Shown here: in pieces, positions 1 through 12,701 of the stretch
Layout of the letters: the number at the start of each line of letters is the position of its first letter
How positions within the stretch are numbered: position 1 is the stretch's first letter
Notes under the pieces: generated by a model
What the model saw: the letters and a program-made list of their open reading frames with translations, nothing else
Databases searched by the model: none
What the model was told of the DNA's origin: nothing
Program-made: the position numbers and the translations under genes
From: Mobula hypostoma
Lineage: Eukaryota
Assembly (NCBI RefSeq): GCF_963921235.1
Contig: NC_086118.1
Coordinates: forward strand, 21,888,001 to 21,952,000
Length of the DNA: 64,000 nt
Direction of reading: 5' to 3'

Positions 1-93
1 TGTACCAGGACTTCTGTCCGCTCACGCTCCCCTTTTGGAATGCCGTGGATCTGATCCAAGACATTCCTGACCCTGGCACCTGGCAGGCAACAT
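1..93 (-). mobile_element. CR1 LINE ORF1 (SGNH esterase-like) fragment, cut by window edge
   Basis: Minus strand translates CCLPGARVRNVLDQIHGIPKGERERTEVLV, matching the CCLPGARV motif of CR1 ORF1 esterases; a homologous stretch lies at ~49020. Confidence 0.65.
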
Positions 94-177
94 GCCAGGG
101 TCATCCATGACAATTAATGTGGCTCGGGGAGGGTTTTAAAAAAATCTTCATTCTTATTTAGAGCATTAAAATAGAAT

Positions 178-540
178 TGTTCAAAGTAAATGTTATTGTC
201 TAAGTACATATATGTCACCATACACAGTCCTGAGATTCACTTTCCTGTGAGCATGCTCAGCAAATCTATAGAGTAGTAGCTCTTGCAGCAAACTGTGCAA
301 ATGCAAATATAAATAAATAGCAATAAATAATGAAATATGAGATAATGCAATAAAGAGTCCTTAAAGTGATTGGTTGTGGAAAACATCTTAATGATGGGGC
401 AGGTGAGTGTAGTTATCCCCTTTTATTCAAGAGCCCGATGGTTAAGGGGTAGTAACTGTTCTTGATCCTGGTCCCGTGAGTCCTGAGGCTCTTCTCCCTG
501 ATGGCAGCAGCAAGAAGAGAGCATGGCTGAAGTGTTGGAA
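178..540 (-). mobile_element. Rex1/Babar LINE 3' end fragment
   Basis: Reverse complement resembles the 3' end and UTR of the Rex1 copy at ~14670-15050. Confidence 0.7.
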
Positions 541-2504
541 CTTAATGGAAAAAAAACTAATGTCTTTTACATTTCCCATATTGGCATTCATCTCTCCAAG
601 GAATCTATCTTCAAAATGGGACTTTTTAATGTATGCACATATTTTTGAAAACTGTAAGACATTATTTATTTTAAACTGTTGGCTTAATTGATTGCATCAC
701 CCTCCAGTACACAGAAGTTTACAAATTGATTTAATGCTATTTTTAAGCAGAGACCATGGAACAGTTTATTTAACACAGTATAAGTTGAATTCAAGCTTAT
801 TTCAGGTTAACTGCCCAAGGCACATTAGTATCCAATTGTGTTGATCCACTAGTCATTTTCCAGTATCAGATGCACATCCAGTGTGTTACTGGTCATACAA
901 TACTCTTTTTTTCTCCCTCACCAATGAAATTTGGAGCTCCAAGATGAAGCCTGTGATCTTCATGTGGCTAATCTGTGCAAAAGGAATACATTGCGTTTTT
1001 AACGTTATCTAAAGCAACACATTCTGAAAACATGACTGGGTAGCTTCTGAAAGTACTGAAGACTGATCACAGTGCGTAGTCCACAGAGTTTATAGGTTAT
1101 GCGTGCTCCAGAAGTTAGTTACTGATGCACTCATTCTATTGGTCCCTCTATCCTGACACAACTGGTAGCATAGCTAGCAACCTTTTAGGAAGAAAATTTG
1201 GTGGTGATTTCTCAAAGAGAGTGTGAAGGATTGTTAATTACATCTGATCTGTCGACATAGTCATTTGTTTAGTTTATCCTAGTCTCTACCCTATTGACCA
1301 GAAGTGTTAATTCTATTGTTGTCTAATATGCTGAGTGTTTCTAACATTTTCCATTTTTATTAATACCACCTTCTATTTTGATTTTGATTCAAATTTACTT
1401 TCTTCGAGCATTGCTGTGAATGGACATGAATGTTTAGTTCAGTGTATCTCAAAATTGTATTTGAGTAATGCTCAGCTGTTATAAGATCTATTGAATAATA
1501 ATACTATGTGTTTCCTTTCCCTAGGTGCTATACTTGTTAAAGTTAACTCGCACAAGTTCTGACTTTTATCATTTTGGTATTGTCTGTCTGTTCATTACTT
1601 CTGAGTCTGTTTGCTAATGTGAATTAGAAACATAAGTGAACTACTTGTAACTCTGCTACCTCAGCTACAATATTATGACTTCAAGATATTTTATAGATTA
1701 GCCTTGGGTAGGAATCTTAGCTTTTTCCAATTGAGTTTTCTGTCCTGCATCACTGCCAGTTCAGTTCTCGACAACTCTGATATGGGGTGAAGGTGGGAGC
1801 TGTAAGAATTGCTCATTTTCTGATTTCCGTTTTTAAAAACAAACTCACCCAATTTCATTTGGATATTTTCTTGTATCAGGCAACTTATCAGCTTTTTCTT
1901 GCAGGACATCTGTAAATGCTTTTTTGTGTGAATATCTGTACATGGACTAAAAACTTAATGGAGGTCTCATAACTCTATTTCATGAGTTCCAGATAAGCAG
2001 TCTCAGTCATTGACTCTTCTGGGTGACTGGGATATGCAACTCACTTATTGACTTGACACTTTATAGTTTTGAATAATAAGCCATCATTTATTATCTTTAC
2101 AAAAACATGTTCATCTTTAAAAGAATGTTTGAAATATTTGTGTGCTATTACAGTACTATGTCTCTTATCTTCACTTAAAATATCAGACCAAATCTTTCTA
2201 GTAACCATCTTGTTCCATAAAAATTTGTATAATGGTATGGTCAGGGAAAAGGTTAATGATAGGGAAAATCATACAGCGAACTGTGTTTATTTAATTGTAA
2301 ATTGTCTGTTGTGGGGTGTTTATATGAATTGTCATTTAATTTGAAATTAAATCTACATTTTAAAATTTCAAGTTGTCATTTACTATAAGCTGAGAGGAGA
2401 ACTTCCAATTACAAAGGATGACACTTCATCACTCCCTCTACAGCCCCAGCTATTCTGAGGATTTTGTCATTGTTGTAAAGCTGGTTAATGTCTATGTACT
2501 TCGA

Positions 2505-2720
2505 GAACATAAATGAGCTGCTGGAGGAACACAGATCAGGCAGTATGGAAGGAAATGGACAGTCGATGTTTTATGTTGAGATGCTTCATCTTTACATAGG
2601 TGGAGCCAGGAGAGTGTTTGATAAGTAGATAGAGTCAGGTGGGGGAAGGAAGGGTGGAGATGTCTACAGATACTGGGAGTTGATGGGGTGATGTGTGAGC
2701 ATAGGTGACAAAGAACCAAG
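2505..2720 (-). mobile_element. Degraded Penelope-like terminal repeat
   Basis: gctggaggaac...gacagtcgatgttttatgttgagatgcttcatc followed by a purine-rich tract, as in the inverted arm at 49662-50067. Confidence 0.5.
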
Positions 2721-3339
2721 TGAGCCATCTTGTACCACTGTAGTCCATGTGGTGAAAATGCCTGAACAAAGCTTCAGGTAGAGAATTCAAAGACTTTAAT
2801 TCCTTGGCAAAAGAGGGAATGGTAATGTATAATCATGTTGGATTAGTGCATAACTTGGTAGAGAATTTGATGGGTTCCCTTCACTTGGTGCTCTTACCTA
2901 TTGGTTTAGGAGATGCTGCTGAAGGGACCCCAGCAACTTGTTTAACTGCATACCACTGAAATGTAGAATCCAGTTATTGATGTGGATAGGGTACTGCCCA
3001 AACAGCTCAATAATGAGATCCCATGGCCTGGAATGCAGTTCTGTAATGTTCTTTGGAGAGTGCAGGGCATGATGAGGTACAGAAGAAATCATGGTCATCC
3101 ACTGCAACCAAAGAAGACCCCAGCTTGTGATGACTACTCATACCACTGGACCTGGATTTCCAGGGTTAAGAGAGTGGATCCGCCCCGGTGCAATGGCTTT
3201 TTTCCTTTTAAAATCTGCACAGGTTTCCTGTCATCGTTGGATACTGGGTATGACCACCATTGGTCAAGTAGACTGATTACCTAGAATGATTTCACGATTG
3301 AGAAACCTAACTTTGTCTGTAGCTATCATTCTGAGGTGC

Positions 3340-3935
3340 ATGTTAAGGCCAAGGAAGTGCAATCATTAATGGTGGAAGCCGCCTTTTAGAAGCATTGCTC
3401 CTTGAAGGTGTCCTGGATACTATGGACACTAGTGCCCATGATGGAGCTGACTAAGTTTACAACTCTGTGTAGCTTATTTTGATCCTGTGCAGTAGCCCCT
3501 CCATACCACATGGTGTTGTAGCCAGTTAAAATTCTCTCTACATACAGAAATTAGTGAGTGTCTTTGGTGACTTACCAAATCTCCTCAGACCCATATTGAA
3601 ATATAGCTGCTGTCGTGCCTTCTTTGTAGTTCCATTGATATTTTGGGCCCAGGATAGATCCACAGAGATATTAGCACCCAGAAACGCGAAATTGCTTAGG
3701 CTTTCCACTTCTGATCCTCCTATGAGGACTGGTGTGTGTTCCCTCATCTTACCCTTTCTGAAGTCCAGTCAGTTCTTTGGTCTTACTGGCGTTGAGTATT
3801 GCGACACCACTCAACTAGCTGATTTATCTTACTTCTGTAGGCCCTCTCGTCACTATCTGAAATTCTGCCAACAGCAGTTGCATTATCAGCAAATTTATAG
3901 ATGGCATTTGAGCTGTGCCTAGCCACAGAGTCATG
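3340..3935 (-). mobile_element. Rex1/Babar LINE RT fragment
   Basis: ORF 3538-3747 (FLGANISVDLSW...KKARQQLYF) is homologous to the Rex1 ORFs at 24864-25688 and 36043-36636. Confidence 0.8.
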
Positions 3936-5049
3936 GTTGTAGAGAAAATAGAGTGGTGGACTCGATTGTGTATTGTACGTGACAATCTTTTAGGAAGTGA
4001 CCCCGTCCTCAAAACTGCTGTCACATTGCCAACTATTCCAATTAAGATTCTAGTCTTTAGTGAAACTCGGGGCGTAGGCGCTGATGGTTTCTTATTAAAG
4101 TAATGTCATTGATCATTTCTCCATGTTACTCACCAAGTGAAAAGTTTTGTTGAAGAATGGACTATTTCAGCTACAAAACACATGGGTGGGATTAGTACTG
4201 AATTGTTTCCTCAAGAAACGATTGAAAGAGTCCCCTTTTGTGAAGTGGATTCATGGGTTCCTCCTGATGCAGTGCAGCTATTGATCCTGTTCATGGTACA
4301 CTAGGCCATCAGAAATTTGTTCACCTTTGTGTCTGGTTACTTTAACAAGTACCTGAACTTCTATGGTTCTGTAAGCCTCATTTGGAGATGCATCTCTAAG
4401 GCTGAGAAACTGCACTTTATTAAGTTGATTCTCACTATGGCGGGGAATGGATTTTAATAAATATAATGGACTCCTGTGATCATTAATAAATAAATCAAAC
4501 ACATGCCTCCTTTTAGCACCATCTTAGTGCAGATTTGTGCCTTGAGGGTCTATCTATCTTAAGTTTCTTTTTGCAGGATTTATAGTTCTTTTGATTGAAA
4601 CTAGTTAATGTGGGCATGTGTTCTATTTATGAATGTCAGTATTGTGTGTTTCTAAATTGCTGATTAGTGTTGCAAAAGGCTACTTGTGACACTTCCACAG
4701 TGAATGGAGTTCTAACTTTAAGGAGGAATATTTCTGGAATTTGAATGTCAGGACAGACTCCCACATTCACTTCCTCTTGTACCCATATCTTCCTGATGGA
4801 CTAGGCAAAAGGCTTAATGCAGCACGCAACCAATACAGAGGGCTTCACCTGTATCAGATTGGATCAGTAAGTTTTCCATTTCCTCACATTAATTTGTTCT
4901 GCATAACTGATGACCATGTAGAGCAGTTGTATCCAAAAGATTCCTCCCTAAAACCTAGTTCTAGTTCTGCCTAGAAAAGGGCCCTTGTCTAGGGTAAGTA
5001 TCCAGCATCCGTTTCTGCTCCTACATCTTATGGTCCAATAGTATCCCCC

Positions 5050-6860
5050 AACCCTCCTCTCAACTCCAGAGAATGGAAGGAAAAATATATGCAGGGTCAC
5101 CATCATTCTGATGGCCACATTTTGCTGTATGATCATATACCTGAAGTCTGTATACACGAAAACCAAGCATTCCTATGTGCCGAGGTCCATAGCACAGCAC
5201 ATATTCCATTCAGTTCTACTGTGCCCCATCATCTACCCTTTGAAGAAATGGTGGCACAAAGAAACACCTTTTCCCACATGGCAATTTATCAGTGGTCTGT
5301 ATAGAACTTGCTCAAGAACCAAAGGGATAGGATTCTGCCAGGTGGTTCTTTAAGCAGCTTACTGAAGTTATTTGGTAGAATGCCACTAGAACTTTCAAAC
5401 AAGCACTAAGATCTGACTTGTCCGTTGGGCAGGACAGTCCATTTCAGATCCTTTGCATAGATGGAATTTTCATTACATATTGCCCTTGAAGTGACTGTGG
5501 TGAGGATGAAACAGTCATCAATCTCTTCCCAGATATCTGCCCCCACACCATCTCCCTGATACCACAACAGGGATTGAGTTCCTCTTGTCCTTACCTATCG
5601 CTCCATGAACCTCTGCATCCAGCAGATCATTCTCTGTAACTTCTGCTATCTTCAACAGGATCCTACCACTAAACACATCTTTCCCTGCTCCTCACCCCCA
5701 ACATACCACTTTCTGCAGGGATTGCTCTCCACGACTCCCTTATCCCCAGAGCTCCTCCCTATCAATCTCCCTTCTGCCATTTATCCCAGCAAGCAAGATA
5801 AGAGCTGCACTTGCCCCTACACCTCCTCCCTGACCACCATTCAGGGCTCCAAACAGTCCCTTCAGGTGAAGCAACACTTTACTTGTGAGGTTGTTAGGGT
5901 CATTCAGTGCTCCTCAACTTTAGTGAGATCTATCGTAGATTGCAAGATGGCTTTGTCAAGCACCTTCACGCTGTCACAACAGGCAAGATTATCCCGTTAC
6001 CGCCCATTTTAATTCTCCTTCCCATTCCCATTTGATCCATGGCCTCCTCTACTGCCTTAATGAGGCCACTCTCAAATTGGAGGAGAAGAACCTCAAGGTG
6101 TGTGTGGGTAATCTTTAACATGAGTGTATGAACATAAAATTCTCTAATTTCTGGTAATTTTTTCCTCTTTCATTTTCAATTCCCCATTCTGGCTCCCTGC
6201 TTACCCCTCCTCTTCTCATCAGCCCATCACCTCTCTCTGGTGTCCCTTCTCCTTTTTTCACCTATGGTCTACTCTTCTGTCCTGTCACACTTCTTCTTCA
6301 GCCCTTTACCTCTTCCACCTATCACCTCCCAACTTCTCACTTCACTCCCCTCTCCCATTCACCATCCTTCCCTCTTACCTGGCTTCACCTATCACCTGGC
6401 AGTTTGTACTGCTCCTTCTTCCACAATCTTATTATTCTGGCTTTTCCGCCTTCTGTTCTCGTGTCTCGGCCCAAAATGTTGATTGTTTGTTCTCCTTTGC
6501 AGAAGCTGCCGACCTGCTGAGCTCCTCCAGCACTTTGTATCTTTGTATCTTGTTCTGGATTTCCAGCATCTGCAGAACCTCTTTGTAGACCAAAAAGAGG
6601 TGCAATGGGCCTTGCTGAGGTTCATAACAAGCAGCTGAGTAACACGGTTCTGTGGGCTGTTCCTAGTGACACAGACTGAGGCAGACATTTGCTGCTGGAA
6701 GATCATCAGCTCGGCAAAGAATAGATTTTGGTCTGCCTGAAACTTGTTGGTCTTCCAGATGAAGGAGTTGTTTGTAACTGAATGCCACAGATTGGTACCT
6801 TTCTACTGAAGCTTATTGCAGCCATCACAAGGTTTCTATGGGGAAGGCAATATTGAAGAG
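5050..6860 (+). mobile_element. Tx1-clade (L1-like) LINE ORF2 C-terminal remnant, split by a Penelope insertion at ~5530-6585
   Basis: Broken frames give ILMATFCC..YTKTKHSYV, TVPHHLPFEEMVAQRNTFSHMAIYQWS, a zinc-knuckle remnant CP*SDCGEDETVINLF (5481) and, after the insertion, CCWKIISSAKNRFWSA*NLLVFQMKELFVTECHRL (6690). Confidence 0.7.
5530..6585 (+). mobile_element. Penelope-like element, 5'-truncated (linker, GIY-YIG remnant, terminal repeat)
   Basis: LCIQQIILCNFCYLQQDPTTKHIFP and QVKQHFTCE motifs, pyrimidine-rich tract and the family tail ttccagcatctgcaga; colinear with ~61570-62575. Confidence 0.8.
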
Positions 6861-7002
6861 TCCCGCCAAACAATGCTGAGAGACTGGATCCTGGGAAATA
6901 ATCTTTGAAACTTAAAGCTGGTGGATTGCTCGGGATTGGTGCATTAGGCATGTTGATATATTGTACATGAATCTCATGATATGCTTGGCACAGTGAATGA
7001 AG

Positions 7003-7630
7003 TTAGATTATGAAGACATGCAGTCCTCTCTTATTGTCATTTAGCAATGCATGCATTAAGAAATGATACAATATTTCCTCCGGTGTGATATCACAAAACA
7101 CAGGACAGACCAAGACTGAAAAAAACTAACAAAACCACGTAATTATAACATATAGTTACAACAGTGCAACAATACCATAACTTGATGAAGAAGTCCATGA
7201 GCACGGTAAAAGTTCAAAGTCTCTCAAATGTTCCACATCTCATGCAGACAGAGAGAAGGAAGAAAAACTCTCCCTGCCATGCCCAACCACGGTCCGACTC
7301 TGAGTCATCTGAAAACTTGGAGCTCTGATCAGCTCTCCGACACCGAGTGCTGAGCGCCATCTCTATCCGAATGATTCAACCTCCTTCTCGGTCGCCAACA
7401 GCAAGCAAAGCTGGGGATTTTGAGGCCTTCCCTCCGAAAGATTCCTGACCGCACAGTAACGACAGCAGCGAACGAGCGTTTCAGAAATTTTTCCAGATGT
7501 TCTTCTGTGCTTTCACATCCATCTCCATCAAATCAGAATTGTCCACGGCCCCTATTTAACAGATACGATATCATTTTTCATCGGAGGGCTGCGCACGCGC
7601 GGCACGCTGCTTCTCTCTCCTCCTCCCACC
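7003..7630 (-). mobile_element. Non-autonomous retroposon with GC-rich head and LINE-like 3' end
   Basis: Homologous in reverse orientation to 55490-56050; both end gacaataa..gaggactg..tgtc.tcataatctaa. Confidence 0.7.
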
Positions 7631-7671
7631 CATGTTAACACCATGTTATGTGCATATAACTGTATTTTATG

Positions 7672-8277
7672 TGTAACAGCCTTTACCCCAACTGACTCCC
7701 GTTGCCTAGGGTGAACAACCATCGACCCCGCCAAACAGTGCAAATGCTTTGGTGCGGATATGGTGTGAGGCACCCAATGATCAGCCACGACACAAATATG
7801 AAACAATATACCAAGAATTATACTTTATAGCAGATTTTGGTGATGGTTTAATAGCAACAACTAAAAGAAAAGGCACCACATAAGTAACTTATCAGTCTTG
7901 TGCCCATAATATTTTAATATGTTGGAGCTCATGCCTCCGATTCCATCCACAACGTCCTTCCAGGACTCTGGTCACCATCCGAACCCCCGAGGTCCGGTAT
8001 CCGCCGCCCTGGAACCGCTGTCCATTCCGCACATGTCCGTCCTCTCTGTTTGCCTCCTGAAAAAGCCCGTGCTCCTCAACTCAGCACACATATTCAAGTT
8101 AACATAACATAACTTTCATTGGCTTGCAAATGAATACAACTTCCATTATCACATTGTATAACCCAAACATTGCTGTTACAGAGAACCCCTTGCTCAGCAG
8201 TTAACATTACGAGAAGCCATTTTGGTGATAAGTGATTAACAGTTAACAGTCTGGCTAATATAACTGAGAACCCTACA
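7672..8277 (-). mobile_element. Solo LTR (Gypsy/ERV type)
   Basis: Starts TGTA and ends TACA, flanked by a 4-bp duplication TATG (7668-7671 and 8278-8281); minus-strand ATTAAA near 7850. Confidence 0.7.
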
Positions 8278-9699
8278 TATGAATAACTATTAAGAAAAGA
8301 GCTTAAAAATAAGCACTCTGGAGGTTCCTGCCAACATGAATCTAGACCAGAAAATGATAGAACAAGTAGCAGAATATCAGCTTCAGCTATCATTGCCGGC
8401 CTCTGTGTACTCTGTCGTTGATTGTTTTGCACTAGCATAGCTAAGCAAGTCTTAATTTTTATTTAGAGGTACAGCTTGGTAACTGGTCCTTCCAGCCCAT
8501 TGAGCCTGTACTGCCCAATTGCATCCATTCTGAATGAATTCCAACTCAACACTCGTTGATTCCAATTCCTTGCCTGGCTGAGTTGTCACACCTCGCTTCC
8601 CTGCTCTATTACTGCCCCTCAGAGGATCAGTGAGTTGAACAAAACCAAATGCCATCTCATTCACCAGGTCCTCAATGCGATCCTTGGCCACCTGAAGTTC
8701 CAGAAACTTATGAATCCACAGTTAGCCTTTGAAATTGCAACTTCAATGCTGGTGAAGTGTGGAAAGCTGACTGGAATTCACATGAAGTCACAAACAAACA
8801 ACTTGTTTTGCAATCAGTCATTTTCCTTCTTGCTCACAAAATGCCGGCATGGTCTCAAAACTGTAAGATAGTTGGAAGATAAAACATCAAATTAAAAAAA
8901 AAATCTTGGCAGGTTGTGGGTGAAAAATATGCCAGGTTTGGGAGCAGGCTAGTAAATACAGTTTGCTCCCTGGAATGATTTATTTAGGGTAAGTACTAAC
9001 ACATGTTGTAACCACCCATGGTATAAATCAGAGTGCAAGTAGACAGACTGAACAGAAAGTGACAGTTTATAGCCTCATTTTGTTCTGGCAATACATTTGG
9101 GCCAGGCTTATTATTTGCATTCAATCAAACTTCAATGCTCTTCATGTTTCAACTGCATATGGTTCAATATACTTTACTTTGAGTCAAATATTATGTAACA
9201 TAGTTTATTCCTGGCAGGTCTAGTATGATTAACCTGTGCAAAACATTCATCTTTCTTGTACAATGACTTCAGGACTTGGCTTAACTATCTCAATACGCAA
9301 CTCCACAGAAAAAGTTGGATAGAAATCCCCAGACCTTGTTTACTTGATTTATAGTTTAAGACACTGAACACTTTATCAAATTAATTGAAAGTAAATACAG
9401 AATTTATTAATATTAAATATTCAAAGCATTCAAATTTTTGTCAGAGAGCTGAATTTTTCTGCTGATGGCTTTGAGCATGATTTAAAATTAAGCAACTCTT
9501 CCATCTCTTACATCCCAACTACTTTTCAGTAAGCACTGCTCTCAACAAACGAAAATGTATTTGTCATTTGGAATGTATTGATCTCATTTTATATTTTTTT
9601 TAACCCTAGGGGCTGTCAGGTTCAGTGACTGAGAGTTTTTAGCTTGTTTATCGAAAAATGATTAGGAAAGTTCGGTGGGGAAGAAATAAAACGTATTTA

Positions 9700-9965
9700 T
9701 TTATCACCATTGACATCCCTTTCATATTATCTCTAAGTGCTCTATGATCAATTTTGTACTTATGAGTTGTAGCTACAATGTAGTATAGGAAAAGCTCTCA
9801 CTGACTACAATAATGACTCAATAATAGTTTAGATGATGTTAGTTGGGCAATAATTATTGGATAGGATACCAGTGACAACTTTACAGCTCTTCTTTGAAAC
9901 AGTGGAATGCCATCATTTATAATGACTTTAAACATCTGCCAGGACTTCAGTTTAAATATCCAAAG
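9700..9965 (-). mobile_element. Degraded Deu-domain-like SINE
   Basis: gatgttagttgggcaataattattggataggataccagtgacaactttacagctcttctttgaaacagtg resembles the recalled DeuSINE core; related copy at 24290-24560. Confidence 0.45.
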
Positions 9966-10454
9966 GAAGAAGAAGATAGTTTTTGTGTCTCCACCAGAGA
10001 ACTGTGGACTAATGAAAACATAAATTTCTTAGCATTGGTTTGGAATTTGTTGAAGTGAGTGGGGAGTTGGTGGGATTCCTTGGATTTGATTTTCTTCCCC
10101 TCCATCATTTAGATTGCATTTTTTTGTACTAAACTTTGCTGGAAGTGTAATTTAATAACAGAATGCGTAGGAGTTCAGTGACATCAGATTCATTAATTGA
10201 TCGCTTAAAGTTGCAACCTATATAGGGAAATAGAAAAAAATGAATGAATGGCAGGGAAAGTATAATCAAGTTATTTACTGAGTTAAATAAGGCCAGGAAA
10301 AGTTAGTGTTTTTTTAAACTTCTAGTATAATTTACCTTCTGCAGAAGTGAGATTTCATTTCCTCAACTATTTTCTTCTGGAACTCTGAAGTTAAATTTTA
10401 TCTTGATTTTGGAAATCCAGTCTTTAACAGCCTTCACATTATGTATCACTTAAG

Positions 10455-10690
10455 GTAGCTTTGTGGTTAGCACAATGCTTCACAGTATAGATGATCTGGG
10501 TTCAATTCCCACTGCTGTCTGTAAGGAATCTGTACATCTCCCCATGACTGTGTGGCTTTTCTCCTGGTTTCCTCCCACAATCCAAAAATGTACTGGTTGG
10601 TAGGTTAATTGGTCATTGTAAATTGTCCCATGATTGCACTAGGATTAAATTGGGAGATTGCAGTAGTTGGGGAGTTGTGACCAATCAAGC
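10455..10690 (+). mobile_element. tRNA-derived V-SINE (HE1-like)
   Basis: A-box-like gtggttagcac, B-box ggttcaattcc (10499-10509), V-core-like ggtttcctcccacaatccaaa. Confidence 0.75.
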
Positions 10691-11691
10691 AGTAAGCACT
10701 TAAAATGTTGCATCCCAGTGAAAACACAGACACACAGTACTGCCACCGTGACCACCCAGATGGACTAGAGCAGGCACCGTGTACCATCCTTGATGGTGTG
10801 GTCAGTATAGACATGAGCTGTTACGTATTTCCACCATGTTTGGTTTTTATCTTAGATTTCCAGTGTCTGTAGATGTTTGCTTTTTGATGAGCAGCTTCCT
10901 GCATGAATGGAGGGGGAAATCATCACCTGGAAAACCTAAATCAGTTTTGTACCTCTGCTGTTGCTCTGACATGGCGAAACAGGGCAGCATTGCAACACCT
11001 GAGACCTGCAGAGAGAGATGGACTACCCCATAGCTTTTAACCTGCCTTCCACTGGAGGATAAGGACACTGCACCTATTGTGTCCATCAGTGGAGAAATCT
11101 ATGAGAGATGAATGCTTCAAAAGGAAATAAAGGAAGGCCTGCCTGATGGCTCCTGAGTTTCATTTTTGATTATGGCATAAAAGTCAAATGGGAAGGTAAC
11201 CTGCAGTTAAACAAAAAAAAAATTGAATTGTGGTTCCTGACCCAGGTCTAACGTGACAGAAATTCTCAGTTAAATTCCTGGGAATTTTGAACAGGCATGT
11301 TCTTTCCAGCTGGACTGCATTGTTGAGTGTACACATGAAGATAGAAGCAAGTCAGGCCATCTGGCTTTCTCAAGCTCATCCTGCCACATCCCAGTTCCTC
11401 TTCTGTGCTTATTCCATGTAGTTCTCAATTCCCACATTTTTCAAAGACATATTTTCTCTTTTATCTACCTCACAACCTAGTAATGAAGAACATTTGAGAG
11501 ATTCACTACCCACTGTGAGAAAAATTCCCATTTGATTTTTTATAAATCTTGACTTCCTCTTGTAACTAAGCCCCTTCTTTGAGTAACTTTTCATGAATGA
11601 ATCACCATAACATCTGCCCTCTCATGTCCCCGTAGAATTCTTTTTAATTTCTTAATCATTCTTAATTTTTTTCTGAAATCTATAGAATGTA

Positions 11692-12288
11692 AGTGAGTGA
11701 GTGGGGCCTCTATCAGTCAGATTTGATCATGGATATTGCATACTAGCTGTCTAGATACACAAGCCTGGGCAGTACGATGTGGAGAGCTAGCTGTTGCCCA
11801 TGTAGCAAGCTCTCCCTCTCCACGCATCTGATGAACACAAAGGGATGGCAGAGACCGATACAGTTTGCGGCCAGCAGCATTGCATGAGTTGCCCGTCAGC
11901 ATTGCACTCAATGTAAGACTGTTTTAGACACACCAGTTCTGGATTTTTCCCTTGGGGTTTACTCCCGAAGCCTTCCCCATGATTGGGTATAGGCTCAAGG
12001 CAGCAGAGGTTTGAGATCAGAGTTTTCCTTCTCCTTGATGAGCTGCTAACCACGGCTGATGAGCCCATTTGCTCCAAGTGACTGGTTTTAAGGTGCCAGT
12101 AATCAGCCTTTGCCCTTTCTGTCAATTGAAATGGTTCCGCTGGGCTTAGTAGCTAAGCCACACGTGAAGGCCAGGAGCTGGACTTGGTTGTCAGAGGCTA
12201 TTTGAGGCCCACGCCATTGGCATCATTTAAAAGGCAGTGGGAGCTTGTCCCCACAACCACTCCCAGCTATAACAACCTTGAGGAACCA
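11692..12288 (-). mobile_element. RTE-related non-autonomous retroposon
   Basis: Short (cact)n-type tail at 11692-11703; agttttccttctccttgatgagctgctaaccacggctgatgagccc resembles RTE 5'-UTR-derived sequence. Confidence 0.55.
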
Positions 12289-12701
12289 ATCCACAGAGTA
12301 CAAATATTACTTTTAAAACCATTTACAGTAAGATAATCCTCTCAGAAATCACTCAAAAATCTTTCAGACTTCCTCCAATGCTAATATATATTTTCTCCAC
12401 AGACTTCAGATGTGACCACACCATAAAGGCCTATCTGTAATTTGCATTCTTAATTTCCTGCTGTATCTGCCTGGAATGTTTAGTGCTTCATGCACAAGAA
12501 CACTTAGATCCATCTGTACTCTGTACTTTTGCAATATATCTCCATTTAGATAATAGTTTTCTGATTTCTCTTATCAAAATGTATGACCTCACACTTTTCC
12601 ACATTAAGTTCCTTTAGCCAAAGCCTTTTCCACTGAACCTATTTACAGCTTGATGTATGCCCAAATTTCCTCAAAGCAGTATGCCCCCTCTCATTTATTT
12701 T

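Noticed and set aside
4948..5166. Minus ORF starting VFVYTDFRY, resembling retroviral RNase H (IYTDSRY)
   Set aside because: The plus strand is better explained as Tx1 ORF2, and no other RNase H motifs are present
7672..8180. TIR DNA transposon bounded by TGTAACAGC/GCTGTTACA
   Set aside because: No TSD at 8180, whereas the 8277 boundary gives a TATG duplication
10455..10520. tRNA gene (also ~44410-44473 and ~46735-46800)
   Set aside because: A/B-box remnants without a cloverleaf; the first two continue into SINE bodies
11825..11870. Hammerhead-like CTGATGA...GATAC
   Set aside because: No GAAA core and no convincing helix I or II
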